NCBI GenBank assembly: GCA_951406725.2
Contig: OX597822.1
Coordinates: 115,444,001-115,508,000, forward strand
Source of the DNA: Octopus vulgaris
Lineage: Eukaryota
Length of the DNA stretch: 64,000 nucleotides
Direction: 5' to 3'
Positions within the stretch are counted from its first letter, which is position 1. Each line of letters opens with the position of its first letter. Below, one piece after another: positions 12,341 to 26,289 of this stretch. The position numbers and the translations under genes are program-made. The notes beneath the pieces were generated by a model. The model made no database searches. It saw only the letters and a program-made list of their open reading frames with translations, and had not been told where the DNA came from.

Positions 12341-12464
12341 CAAATATATATATATATGATTTGTATACATTTGTATATATAACGCGTACACACAAACACA
12401 CACACACACATATATATATATGTATAATGCGTATATATGTACATATATATATTTAATGCGTATA

Positions 12465-13371
12465 TATATATATAATGTGTGCATTACGTGGTCGGTTGAG
12501 CTGAAAATATGCACACCTATCTTAAAAGTGCTGGCGAGTTTGCATGGCAACTACTTTTTTCCTCAAATGAAAGGCGTGACCTTTAGGACAAAATTCCTCA
12601 TCTTATAGAATGTGGCCCGAGTAGACCCGAATGAAATCGGGCTATATTAACCAAAATGTGAAAAGGGGTCTAAATGGGGCTGAAAGTGGATTAAAATTTA
12701 CAGGAGCAGGTGTTTAGGAATCCTCTGTTACATCAAGCTAAAAAATTTGCGCCAGCCTTTAAATCTTCAATGTGTTGCCGTCCATCATGAAGAAGTTTTG
12801 AATGCTTGCCATGGTGAGTCTACTGTCGTGAGAAAGAATCACTTCAAAACTTGGTGTTTAGGAATTTTCTTTTACATCAAGTTCAAAATTTTACGCCAGC
12901 CCTTAAAATGTCACTAGGTTGCTGTCCGTCGTTAAGAAATGCCAGCCATGGTGACTCTACTATCCTCAGATTTTATCCCTTTAAACATTGGTTTCCAATA
13001 TTTTTTAAAATTTTTATTAAAGCTCGCAAGTTCGTCTGTCCCCATTAAATGTTAGTGTTTTGCTGTCTGCCTTGAAGCAGACCTGTCCGTTGTCACTGCC
13101 TGATATTTGTGATTGATCTTTCAAAATATTTTTCTTTCTCAACCTACTCAAGATCTTTCGTTGTTTATAAATGGGAGGGAGATAGATAAAGATAGAGAGT
13201 AAGAGAAAGCGAGGGAGAGTCCGAGAGAAAGGAAGAGTTAGAGAGTGTGAAAGTGAGAGAGAAAGGAGAGAGAAACAAAGAGGGAGAATGTGGTGATAAA
13301 AAACAGAAAGGAAGCAACAGAAAGTAACAACCACACTCTTTCCGCGCGTAGAGCGGGTCACCTTAAGCTAG
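12465..13371 (+). mobile_element. Non-autonomous Helitron-like element
   Basis: 3' hairpin ccgcgcgtagagcgg followed by CTAG|T at 13368-13371. Internal direct duplication of about 145 bp (gtgtttaggaa... near 12710 and 12854). 5' end uncertain. Confidence 0.6.
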
Positions 13372-13451
<80 letters not shown>

Positions 13452-13456
13452 TATAC

Positions 13457-13492
<36 letters not shown>

Positions 13493-13495
<3 letters not shown>

Positions 13496-13735
13496 AACAA
13501 TTGAGGTGTGGAAGGTGTTTGTAAGCCTTTTAAGAAACACATTTAATTTGTCAAAATATTTTCGTCGCTTTGAGACCGCGACCTGTTCACTGACAAATTA
13601 AATTTAAATGTTGAAGCGAATCTACCGGTTTTTGTGTGTTTCTTAAATGGCTTATAAATATCTTCCACGCTGCAACTGTTTTTGCTCCAGCACACGATCT
13701 CAGATCTGGTTCCTTGCTATGCAAGTACATCTCCG

Positions 13736-13740
<5 letters not shown>
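13493..13740. mobile_element. Short fold-back element in (TA)n; family also at about 24140-24585 and 44570-44757
   Basis: gtgtggaaggtgtttgtaagcc..taagaaacac is inverted with gtgtttcttaaatggcttataaatatcttccacgc. Shared ttgctatgcaagtacat terminus in all three copies. Confidence 0.8.
13549..13595 (-). ncRNA. Hammerhead-like motif with G3-C8 core variant
   Basis: Reverse strand UGUCA-GUGAACA-G-GUCGC ggucucaaa GCGAC-GAAA-AUAU-UU-UGACA. Confidence 0.65.
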
Positions 13741-13807
<67 letters not shown>

Positions 13808-14331
13808 ACACACTCATACATATAATATGCATATGTGTTTGTGTCTAGGTATGCATGTATTCACCAGACCTCATCGTGCAAAGTGCAACTTTTGTATTTT
13901 TAAAAGGTCACCCAGAGAAGTTATAAGTTTGTCAGGGCATTGTGACTGAGATGGTTAATAACTGCCATGTTTTGGGGCAAGAATGTAGTTCGGTGAGAGG
14001 GATTTGTGTTTTAACTGTGAACCTTGGATTCGTACCTAAAGTATTGCTTTATAAAATTTGTCTTTAATAATATGTGAAAATAGATTGTTTTGGCGTTAAA
14101 CAGACAATATTTTTTGAAGGATTATCATTATCATCATCACCGTCATCAGCATCATTGCTATCATTTTTTTTCTTCTATTTGTTTCAGTCATAAGACAGCG
14201 ACCATGTTGGAGCACCATCTTAGTCGAGCAAATCGGCCCTAAGACTTATTCTTTGTAAGCCTAGTACTTATTTCATCGGTGTCATTTGCCGAACCGCTAA
14301 GACATACATATACATACATACATACATACAT

Positions 14332-14371
<40 letters not shown>

Positions 14372-14397
14372 ACACACACACATATATATATATATAC

Positions 14398-14433
<36 letters not shown>

Positions 14434-14451
14434 ATATACATACATACATAC

Positions 14452-14491
<40 letters not shown>

Positions 14492-14593
14492 CCAATACAG
14501 ATAAAGTGTGAAATATAATTAAACTAATAAAATCAACAAATTTCACCAAGTAGTTTTTCGGTATGGAAAAGGACCATATTCGGTAAAAGTTTA

Positions 14594-14797
14594 TATAATT
14601 ATAACAATGAGGGTCTCTGCAACAAGTTGCTAGACCACATACCGAAAGTATTAGAAATAGCAGCTAGACGAATGTTATTTCTTTTACTACCAAAATACTT
14701 TAGTAGTAAAAGAAATAACATTCGTCTGGCTGCTATTTTTAATACTTTCGGTATGTGGTCTAGCGACCTGTTGCAAAGACCCTCATTGTTATAATTA

Positions 14798-14800
<3 letters not shown>
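14594..14800. repeat. Palindrome with arms of about 97 bp, within a TA-flanked element (14491-14800)
   Basis: tataattataacaatgagggtct...cttttactac is inverted with gtagtaaaag...agaccctcattgttataattata, short loop. Confidence 0.9.
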
Positions 14801-14871
<71 letters not shown>

Positions 14872-14877
<6 letters not shown>

Positions 14878-15113
14878 GAAATGAGGTACTCAGAAATTCG
14901 GATGGTTTTATATTTACAGATATTTATTTGTATATTACATGTTTATATACATCATATAACTTAGATCATGTATTAGTGCTTTCTCCCATTCTAGTGGGGT
15001 TTTCAAATCGAACTAAGTTCCTGTGTGAAAAGTTTTGACCATTTTATAGTGTTATTGAGTGTGTAGTGGTGGGGAGGGATATAAGACAGTACAAGAGGGT
15101 GATGGATGAGGAG

Positions 15114-15165
<52 letters not shown>

Positions 15166-15212
15166 ATCACCCTCTTGTACTGTCTTATATTCCTCCCCAC
15201 CATTATTATTGC
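14872..15212. repeat. TA-flanked element whose terminal 45 bp is inverted across a (TA)n tract
   Basis: ggtggggagggatataagacagtacaagagggtgatgga (about 15067) versus tccatcaccctcttgtactgtcttatattcctccccacc (about 15163). Confidence 0.8.
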
Positions 15213-15257
<45 letters not shown>

Positions 15258-15319
15258 CATGCATACAAACATATGTATATATAATATTATATATATGTAT
15301 ACACACACACACACACATA

Positions 15320-15480
15320 TACGACGGGCTTCTTTCAGTTTCCATCTTCCAAATCCACTCACAAGGCATTGGTCGGCCCGAGGCTATAGTAGAAAACACT
15401 TGCCCATAGTGCCGCGCAGTGGGACTGAACCCGGGACCATGTGGTTTGTAAGCAAGCTACTTACCACATAGCTGCTCTCA
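15320..15480 (-). mobile_element. SINE family A, 5' half
   Basis: Reverse complement of the 1019-1180 head (aagctacttaccac, gggactgaacccgg, aaatccactcacaagg). Confidence 0.85.
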
Positions 15481-15720
15481 CAGCATTATTATTAATATTT
15501 TTTTCCACAGAAGGTTTGGTTGGAGGAATGTTTCAAAGAGAAACTATTTATGATGCACCTCGCCCATCTAGATAGGAAATTAACATTGATAGTTGATTGA
15601 TAGGACCCGAGAGTATGGCAATTCATATCATTCTTGGAATACACGGAATCATTCAGAAGAAAATAAGAATACATATGTATACGTAAGTCTTTGTGAGTTT
15701 CTGTATGCATGTGTGTAGAC

Positions 15721-15782
<62 letters not shown>

Positions 15783-16133
15783 CTATACATACAGGTTTAG
15801 AGAAAGAGTGTTGTGCCAACGACACAGCATTTGCCTTCAGATACACATGTGCGCGCGCACACATACACACACACACATACATATGTTAAAGTCTCTACGT
15901 TTATAGAAGCAGAGTGGAGATGTATATATGGCTGGGTGTGTGTATGAATGTATGTATGTATAAATATATATATGCATATATATATAATATATATGTATGT
16001 ATATATACATTCACATATATATACATATATATAATATATACTATTATATATATATATATATACGTATATATATAATACTATTATATATATATACATATAT
16101 ATAATATATGTATATATATGTGGATATATATGT

Positions 16134-16172
<39 letters not shown>

Positions 16173-16479
16173 CGTATATATATGTATATACATACATACA
16201 TGCATACACGCATACATACGCACAAGCACGCACCGTGCCCATGTCTAGTATATTTACGTGAGTCGTTGAACTAGATGAGACAGGCGGAGTGAAGGGGCAC
16301 CGTGTACCGATGCAGACATAAGACTGGTATTAATGCACAAACATTTCTGGACGCTGAAGTATTGAGCTTAACTTGTCTCTTGGATCTCTCGTGCACATGA
16401 CGCGGGGATAAAACCCCACCGCACCAACACTTTATATACTTGTTCGAATTGATAGAGACTCGCACAGACACATGCATAA

Positions 16480-17066
16480 CGACATACATACCTATACATA
16501 CATACATACATACATACATACATACATACATACATACATACATACATACATACGTACGTACGTACATACATACATACATACATACATACATACATACATA
16601 CGTACATACATGCATACATACACACATACATACACACATACATACACACATACATACATACATACATACATACACACATACATACATACATACATACATA
16701 CATACAAAGATACATACATACATACATACATACATACATACATACATACATACATACATACATGCATGCATGCATACATACATGCATACATACACACATA
16801 CATACATACTTACATACATACATACATACATACAAAGATACATACATACATACATACATACATACATACATACATACATACATACATACATACATACATA
16901 CATACATACATACATGCATGCATACATTCATACATACACACATACATACATGCATACATACACACATACATACATACATACATACATACAAAGATACATA
17001 CATACATACATACATACATACATACATACACACACACATACATACATACATACATACATACATACA

Positions 17067-17101
<35 letters not shown>

Positions 17102-17139
17102 GGAACATCATGTGTATGTGTGTGTGTGTATGTGTGTGT

Positions 17140-17171
<32 letters not shown>

Positions 17172-17200
17172 CGCATACATACATGCATACGTACATAGAG
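16480..17200. repeat. (CATA)n/(TG)n compound microsatellite
   Basis: Directly visible; explains the HTYI/MYVC ORFs. Confidence 0.98.
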
Positions 17201-17693
17201 AGAGGGAGAGAGAAAGCAGGATAAAGAGAGACATCTTAAAGAAACAATTCTACGGCATTCCAATCTGAGTTTCTTCCAGACTCACATATAAACAATACAT
17301 TATGATACATGTTGGGTTTATTCTACAAGCATCAGAAAATTCTTCAGCACAAACAAATTGAAAAAGTTCTGAAATACACTTGAATATTCTTCGCACACAA
17401 TCGAGTTTCACATAACTATAACACTTCTTGGCAATGTTACTACACAGACCAGTCGCGTACCTCTTTTCTACCAACACTAAATTTGCTTTGTTCTTCCGAA
17501 TAATTCCAACTGAACTGCATTATGCGTCCGTCTTTCCTACCCATTAAGTATGCTTCTTAAACGCGTTGCCGAGCCTCTTTTCTGGGTTTCACTGCGTTAC
17601 ACATTGGGGTAATATCTTCTATTCAAGCGCCCGGGAAGACAAAAGTCTTGTGAGTGGATTTGGTAGATGGAAACTGAAAGAAGACCGTCGTAT

Positions 17694-17759
<66 letters not shown>

Positions 17760-17761
17760 GG

Positions 17762-17838
<77 letters not shown>

Positions 17839-18005
17839 TACACTGACAGACAGGCATACAGACATAGAGGTAGACAGACAGACAGACAGACATACAAACA
17901 GACATACAGGCAAACAGGCAGGCAGACACACAGACAGATAGATTGTTTGTTATTAATGATGAAGCTGTTTGTCTAGCGTCTTGAGTTTCACGCCAGTACG
18001 ATCAT

Positions 18006-18044
<39 letters not shown>

Positions 18045-18339
18045 TGCATATGTCTGTGTGTGAGAGTACGTGTGTGTGTCTTAATTACGCTTGTTATTGT
18101 CCCCCGCTACTGCTTGACAACCGGTGTTACTTACGTCCCCGTAAATTAAAGAAGTCTCGGCAAAAACAGAAAAATACCAACAGAATAAGGAACAGGCTTT
18201 AAAAACGGTTCTGGGGTCGATTTGCTCGACGAACCAATCCAAGGCAGTGCCCAAGCGTTGGAACAAATAAAACGGTAAAAAGTGAAAAAATGATAAAAAA
18301 AAAAGGATACACAACTTGCAATAATTCAAACGCAATATC

Positions 18340-18795
18340 GGTTTGAATATCTTGGCACAAGATCAGCGATTTTGTGAGAAGGGCCAAGTCGTTTACATCG
18401 ATCCCCAGGGTTCAGCTGGTAGTATTTTATCGATCCCGAAAGGAAACATCGACACCAGTGCGTAACTGGTACTTACATCGACACCATCGACCAGTGCGTA
18501 ACTGGTACTTAATTTATCGACCCCCGATAAGATATAAGGCAAAGTTGACCTCGTCGGAATTTGAACACAGAACGTAGCTGCAGACGAAATACCTTTACTA
18601 CCCACAAGGGGCTAAACACAGAGGGGACAAACAAGGACAGACAAACGGATTAAGTCGATTATTTATTTAATCGACCCCGAAAGGATGAAAGGCAAAGCCG
18701 ACCTCGGCGGAATTTGAACTCAGAACGTAGCGGCAGACGAAATACTGCTGAGCATTTCGCCCGGCGTGCTAACCATTCTGCCAGCTCGCCGCCTT
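18340..18795 (-). mobile_element. Nested or tandem SINE family B copies
   Basis: tcgaccccgaaaggatgaaaggcaaag..cggaatttgaactcagaacgtag..ctgccagctcgcc; same family at 25915, 43030, 43245, 50523, 52925 and 59750-61125. Confidence 0.85.
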
Positions 18796-19230
18796 CTGCA
18801 AATTCAATATCAACAGCAATGGCCACGCCCCTATTTTCACGGCCTTTCAGACCTTAATAAGACAAGGATTGTCCTTCCTTCGTTTTACGTTAAGAAAAAC
18901 ATGAAATCAAAAGATTTTCAAAAGCAATTTATCTATAATTTGCTTTCTTTCATTTCGTTTCACTAATTATCTTCTCCTTTCCGTTAAAATCCTGGGAATT
19001 CCATTTTCTTTTCCCCTTCCTTTTCTTTTCTTTTGTTTTTTTTGTAATTCTTATCTTTTCGTTCTCATATTCAGGATGTTATCAAAATATACATCACACT
19101 CAAAATTAGACGCATTCAGATCGAATATATATACATCCGCACATACGTAGTTCTTCCTTGATCTCTAGCTTTATCAGCGCGCGTGCCTCCGTATGCAAAT
19201 ATACACATACACACACACGCATGCACGCAT

Positions 19231-19272
<42 letters not shown>

Positions 19273-19357
19273 TTGTATATATATATATGTACAAATGTTT
19301 ATAAGTATACATATATTTACATATATATGCACACATATTTCTTTCTCTCTCTATCTG

Positions 19358-19406
<49 letters not shown>

Positions 19407-19407
19407 A

Positions 19408-19501
<94 letters not shown>

Positions 19502-19565
19502 TGCATATATATATGTATGCGTGCGTGTATGTTAATTGTATGCATATCTATTGTGTGAGTGTGTA

Positions 19566-19596
<31 letters not shown>

Positions 19597-20235
19597 CTGT
19601 ATGTTTGTGTGTCTGTGTGTGCAGCTATCTCTAAGTAGGTTGGTGTCATCTTCATTTATCTCCTTATTTGCATTAGTAAACCTGTAGTGGTATTCTATAT
19701 TCAAATAGAGTTCTTGCCGACAGCAATAATAGATTTGACATTAACTGCTGCCGGGATAGACGTAACTAATCAATAGATACGATTCGTTTAGATTATTTAT
19801 CTGCATATACTTATATTGCTATTTTATTTACGTATTTATATATTTCAGATTTCTTATGGCTTCTTATTTTCCGACTCTTTTATTCTGCGTTTATTTTCGA
19901 TTCTACATTTTATTTATTTATTTATTCGTTCATTCGTTCATTTATCTATTTTATTCGAACCAAGGTATTTGGAAAGCATGGTTACGCATTTCATTGTTTA
20001 TATGAAATGTATTTGTTTATGAATGTACGCAGGTATGTATGCGTATATTCATATTTGTTTGTAAGTATGTATACACACACAGACACACACACGCACACGC
20101 ACACACACACACACATATATATATGTATATCTATATAAGCATGTATATGTATATATATATATTTTTGTAAGCATATATACAAAGATATATGTTCGTATAT
20201 ATTTATGAATATGTATATATACGTATGTATTTGTA

Positions 20236-20273
<38 letters not shown>

Positions 20274-20274
20274 A

Positions 20275-20321
<47 letters not shown>

Positions 20322-20795
20322 TATGTATATATATATATATGCGTATATGATATATATGTATGTATATGTATATGATATATACATATATGTATATGTATAT
20401 GAATATATATGCATATCTTTATGTATGTATGCATGTATGTGTGCTTGTATGCATATGCGTATAATCATTGAGGGAAGCGAGAAGTTCGTGTTGATTGGTC
20501 GTGTAATGACAACAGGATCCTTAAGGGCATCATCCACTCCTTTCACTTGGATTGTGATGTTTTTTCGAACTGGCATAATAACATCAGCAGACAAGGATGA
20601 CGGCGAAAGAGGGACAGTGAAGGCGGTGGAGATGAAACGGAAGGGATGTAGGGATCTGGGGGGAATGGAGTGGGTGTGTGAAAATGCAAAAGTGAAAGCA
20701 AAACTGCAGCCCAACCTGCAAGCATCTGTGCGTTGCATGTGTGATATTAATATACTATTATCTCTGTGAGCCTTGTCGGACACATGCAGATACAG

Positions 20796-20828
<33 letters not shown>

Positions 20829-21078
20829 ATATGTGTGAGAGAAAGAGAGAGAGAGGAGGAGAGAGAAAGAAGGGAGGGAGATAAAGGGAGCGTGAAGGGT
20901 GTGTCTGTGTTTATGTGTGCACACGTGTCTGTTAATAGGTGTATACACGTGTGTGTGTGTATAAAATTATGTGAAAATATGTGTGTGCAAACATATTTTT
21001 ATATCTGTACCTGTACGTAGACAGAGTGCCAGCCAGACAGACAGAGTGCCAGCCAGACTGACAGACAGACAGACAGAC

Positions 21079-21165
<87 letters not shown>

Positions 21166-21192
21166 TAGATAGATAGATAGATAGATGGAAAG

Positions 21193-21312
<120 letters not shown>

Positions 21313-21313
21313 G

Positions 21314-21390
<77 letters not shown>

Positions 21391-21644
21391 GGCTGTAATA
21401 ATGTGATAGAGTATATGCAAAGGTAAATATATATTAACTCTATATATTTGTGTTATGCAATATGCATTGATTACTGTCGAGTAATGAGCCAACTTCGTGT
21501 ATATATATATATACACGCGTGCCGCCATATATATACATAGTTCAAATTTACAGAAAACAAAATCCGAAGACAGATGAGAGAACAACAAACAGGTGTATTA
21601 GTTCGATCCTGGGATGCATGTGTGTGTGTGTGTGTGTGTGTGTA

Positions 21645-21775
21645 TAGTTGAAAATATGTGGAAAACATAAAAACTGAAAGAAAAATGCCTTCGTTTCCCA
21701 TAGTTTAATATCTTTTTATAAAGAATTTTGTTTTAATATATATCTACATATTTTATGGATGTCGTAATATCCAAC
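21645..21775 (-). mobile_element. Solo fragment of the 3' terminal repeat of the Penelope-like family at 28801-30900
   Basis: aaaaatgccttcgtttcccatagtttaatatctttttataaa..attttatggatg is a diverged reverse complement of 30741-30850. Confidence 0.65.
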
Positions 21776-23192
21776 CGGTTTGCGCTATTTAAATTAGTTT
21801 TTCAAGGGACATTGTGAAGTAATCAATTCTTGTGACAAAGGGGTCTCACCATCTTGGATGCTTGAAAAGTAAGGATGGGTAAAAAATACGTATCTACGTA
21901 TATTTATATGTGTGTGTGCGTGTGCACTTGTGTGCGCGTGCACTTGTGTGCGCGTGCACTTGTGTGCGCGTGCACTTGTGTGTGCATGTGTGTGTCGTAT
22001 GTTAGTTTTGTATTGTGTTAAAGAACTTCCCCAATCTTAGACACCAGTATCTAGGCTTTATCTAAGCTTTATAAGATCATTCATGAGAATAACCAATATC
22101 AATGGGAATGATCATTACAGACCGTGAATCCACAAACATTTTCCACTTTACGAGGACAACTCGGAATTACGAGACTAAAATATAAAAAATTCACTGTCAA
22201 ATATGTATCCCCATCATCAGCCATCAAACATATATCATTATGGTTTCGACACCTGGGCAGTGACATTCAATCCGATAATGTCAAAAGTATTAAATATATA
22301 AATGCTGTCTAAGAGCCAATAGTAGTCAACAGGAGCAAAACGTTAGCATAGTACATCCATTGCACCAATACTAGAAGTTAGAGTATCAGAGTAAAGAATA
22401 AGTATTAACTCATAGTTAAAAAAGTGTACATATACAACAAAGAATTTACACAGAAAAAGGACATCATGATGCTAAAAATTAATACAAAGGCAAAAGCGAA
22501 CTAAACATCTAAAGGAACAAAATACTACTCAAACTCCTATACTTTACATGACAACACCAACCCAAGGAACAGCAAACCAAAAACTTAAAACATACAAACT
22601 TTACAACGAATATAGACTACTAAGTAAGTTATTTATCAATCTATGTCACATCACAAACATGATACGACACCCAAAACAAGCCTAATGAAAACTAGTGGAA
22701 CACTATATCTCAGAACCAACGTCCTTGAACAATGCATATGGAAATAGGCAAGCATAGATCAATATCTCTATACTTTCAGTATTATAAAGTAAAATAACCA
22801 AGAAATTGATAGTTAAAACTAAAAAGTGAAAGCAGAAAATATAAAACTAAAAATGAAATATAATGAATTAGAAGAGAATTGGAATTAAATTAGAAAAGTT
22901 ATGTATAAAAAATTAATATAACGACAATAAGACTATACTAGCAGAAAGACTGCCCCCCCCAGACGGTTTTCTACTAGTCCGATGATAATATTTTCACATT
23001 TGATTCCCAATTCTAATGATTTTATATTTTACGTTTAATTATTTCGTTGTATAATAGTGCTCACTTGCTTAGTAAATATTGCTTCCATTATTTCATCACA
23101 GTCATAATCTCTCACTTTTAAACAAACATCACGGTAGTTCAACAACAGAGGGGAAAGCAGAGGTTTCAATTCAGCAGCCCTTCTGTAAGCTT

Positions 23193-23267
<75 letters not shown>

Positions 23268-24252
23268 CGGGGAAGAGAGAACATTGCAAACAATGAACGA
23301 AATAAACATGAAATGAAAAAATCGTATAAATAAAAGGGCATTACAATAGATGTATGCGACCCCCGACTTTGTTGCCTCATAATATCCAGAAAAATGGATA
23401 CTTTTTAACAAAAGTTTCTACAATACCGCTTAGACATTGTGGTTTCAGAGTATATAGGGATTTATAGGAAAGAATTTTTCCAAGAGGGTGGAGAGAGGAA
23501 TTTCCGAAAATTCCCCAATATCTGACTTTTTTCCCTCATAACTTTCAGGAAGATATCTTTTAATGTACCTTTAATGAAAATTTATACAAATCCCTTTCAA
23601 ACGGCGCAGATTATGATTATTAAAAAATGCGTGGAAAAAATTTTTTTCAGGGATTTTCCTGGTTTTTTTTTTTAAACCCCACCCTTCGAAATGATGGGGT
23701 TAGGCGGAGGGTAACTTTGTATGAAAAACGTTTTGAAAACTCTTTTTTTACTCCCCCCCTCCCTCATCATCCCATTGCGGACTATTTTAGCCCATTTTTT
23801 TTTGTACTTCAAAACCATGGGAAGAGCATTTTCGGTAAATTCTTTTTTTAATTATTAATATTTTCAGAGGGAAAATTGAGTGATTTAAGGGCGATTTGGC
23901 TGTTGTTTCTAGCACATACAAAGACAACCCACCTCGTTTCTTCATCACTCTCGCATGTATTGATGTTTTTCAATATTTCTTCTTCATAAATACATTCATA
24001 TGCTTTAAAAAAGAAAATTTAGGAAATCATAAAATTTTGCAGCCCTACTCCCTGCCCACGATTGTTTCTGTTTAGAAATTAAAATATTAGAGAGCCGGAG
24101 AAGGTCTTTGCTGGCATTTATCCACAGTGATTTAAAAAATTACGGATATGTACTTGCATAGCAAGTAACTTGAGAGCGTGTGCTGAAACAAAAACAATTG
24201 CAGTGTAGATGTTTGTAAGACATTCATGAACACACAAAAACCGTTAATTTCA

Positions 24253-24465
24253 CGGCAGTACTTAAATACAGAAGTCCCGATGCATCTACGTAACGACATG
24301 AAGAGGTGGGTTAGTTTTAGGGTTAGCTTTTAGGGTTAAGGTTAGGGTTAGTTTTAAGGTTAGTTAGGGTTAGGGTATCATTACACATCTATACAGCGTA
24401 CGTTTAAAATGTTTTGTACGTAACAACAATACTTAAGTAGTACTTCTGTATCTAAGTAGTATCAG
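24253..24465. mobile_element. MITE containing degenerate TTAGGG repeats, inserted in the fold-back element
   Basis: Inverted tacttaaatacagaagt (24259) and acttctgtatctaagta (24442-24458). tttca flanks both sides (24248-24252, 24466-24470). ggttagggtt-type array at 24309-24376. Confidence 0.65.
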
Positions 24466-24493
24466 TTTCACTTCAACATTAAAATTTCATTTG

Positions 24494-24540
24494 TGTCAAA
24501 ATATTTTCGTCGCTTTGAGACCGCGACCTGTTCACTGACA
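24494..24540 (-). ncRNA. Second copy of the G3-C8 hammerhead-like motif
   Basis: 47 nt identical to 13549-13595. Confidence 0.65.
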
Positions 24541-25914
24541 AAACTTCACAAAATAATGTGGCACGAAGTTTTGTCAGTGAACAGCTCACACACACACACA
24601 CACACACACACACATTCATTGCCTTTCATTTGTGTGTATGTCCATCTAATTGTGTGTACGATTGTGTATTGATGTGTGTGTGTGTGTGTGTGTGTGTGTA
24701 AAGAAGTTGAAGATACACTTGGAGTCTGTATGAGGATTTATTTACATTTGCTTAACTACTTCCATAATTTCAGTTTTTACAGAAGTTTTATAATCTGGAA
24801 CTCTCTGAAACTCTAGCATATGTGTCTCGAACCGTATGTGTCTCCTTTTTACACACAAGTTAGAGCTCAGCTTGCAATCAGTTAAGGTACAATTTGATTG
24901 GTTGAAGATAGTTACCAGGTCAGGCATAGAATTTCGCACGACTTCTTGACTCCTGCATATTGGGCTCCGCAGACTATATTAACGATAACTGCGTCAAAAG
25001 ATAAGGTTGTGAATAAACCGCTTGACAGTATGAATACCAGTTGTGCGTTATGTTGCGTCTTAGATCAAATGATAGCATGAGCGATAATTTCACCAAAAGT
25101 CAAGGTTGTGTTAATTTAGTGAATGTCTCATGTGACTGTATCGACAATAAGTTTTCAAAATAGCTATGGAAGTAGGGATTAGGCTGCTTTCTTCTATGCA
25201 AGTAAAACGTTTATATATCATATACGAAGGGTTAAATAGCTTTTCATTACGTTTTTATTTGACATTTCTGATACTGCACGCTATGGTATAAATAATGGGA
25301 TTTTTTCCTGAATGAGATAAGACACATTGTTGCTCTACCTCAGAAAGATATACTGCATTTAAATGTATTGGTTGACACTGTCCAGGGGACTTTGTCACGT
25401 TTATGTCTTACTTTCTACTTGTCTTAGTCAGTGAACTGCTGGCATGTCGGATCACAACCTTGAAGGATTTTGTTGGACAAAGTTTAATACTCTTTCTATT
25501 GGTTTCTTTTACCGAACAGCTAATGTAAAAGAAGAACCCAAGATCACCTAGGAAAAATATTTGGAATCGTTTACAGTTCTATGATCGTCTGCAGTTTTGC
25601 TCTTATCATAGAAACTGGGTGGAACATCCATTTTATCAACTTTTATTCTCCCTTTGCTCATTGTTCATCAACCTCAAAATGCAATCCTAAGTACGCACTT
25701 TTAATGTCTATCCATCATGATACATGGTGGTGGCATTTCTGCAGAGAGAGAAGAGCAGATATTTAGATAATGTCTCCAAGTACATTAATATACTCCAAAA
25801 CCTCACCATCCATTTTTGCACTGTATTCTTAGAGACTGCAGCACCTTATCTATCATGCTGCAAAATGTATAAATGTATGTTTAAGAACTACTGATATTAT
25901 TCTAATTAATTAAG

Positions 25915-26132
25915 GTAGCGGGCTGGCACAATTGTTAGCACTCCGAACAAACTTCTCAGTGGTTGTTTCTTCCGGCTCTTTACGCTTTGTATTCAACTCC
26001 CGCCGAAGTCGACTTTGCCTTTCATTGTTTCGTGGTCGCTAAAGTAAGTACCAGCTGAGCCCTGGGGTCTATGTAATGGTCTGAATACCTCCTGCAAAAT
26101 TTCAGGCTTTGTACCTATTGTAGAAAGGGTGT
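25915..26132 (+). mobile_element. SINE family B
   Basis: ggtagcgggctggcacaattgttagc...gtcgactttgcctttcat...aagtaccag...ttcaggctttgtacctattgtagaaagg. Confidence 0.75.
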
Positions 26133-26289
26133 CATTTTACGGGATAAATTCGCCATGATCATCCTGTTATCTAAACATCATAGAAAGCCATGGTGTCATA
26201 TAAAAGAGGAAATCGCAGCCTATAATGATTCAATAATTACATATTTAAAACAGTGGTTATTGCAGCTTGTATTTAGACAGACTAAGATA

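Noticed and set aside
14541-14590. Three-stem-like structure with GAAA on the minus strand
   Set aside because: No NUGANNA core between the stems.
24309-24376. True telomere or chromosome-fusion relic
   Set aside because: Short, degenerate, in a single orientation and enclosed within MITE-like inverted ends.
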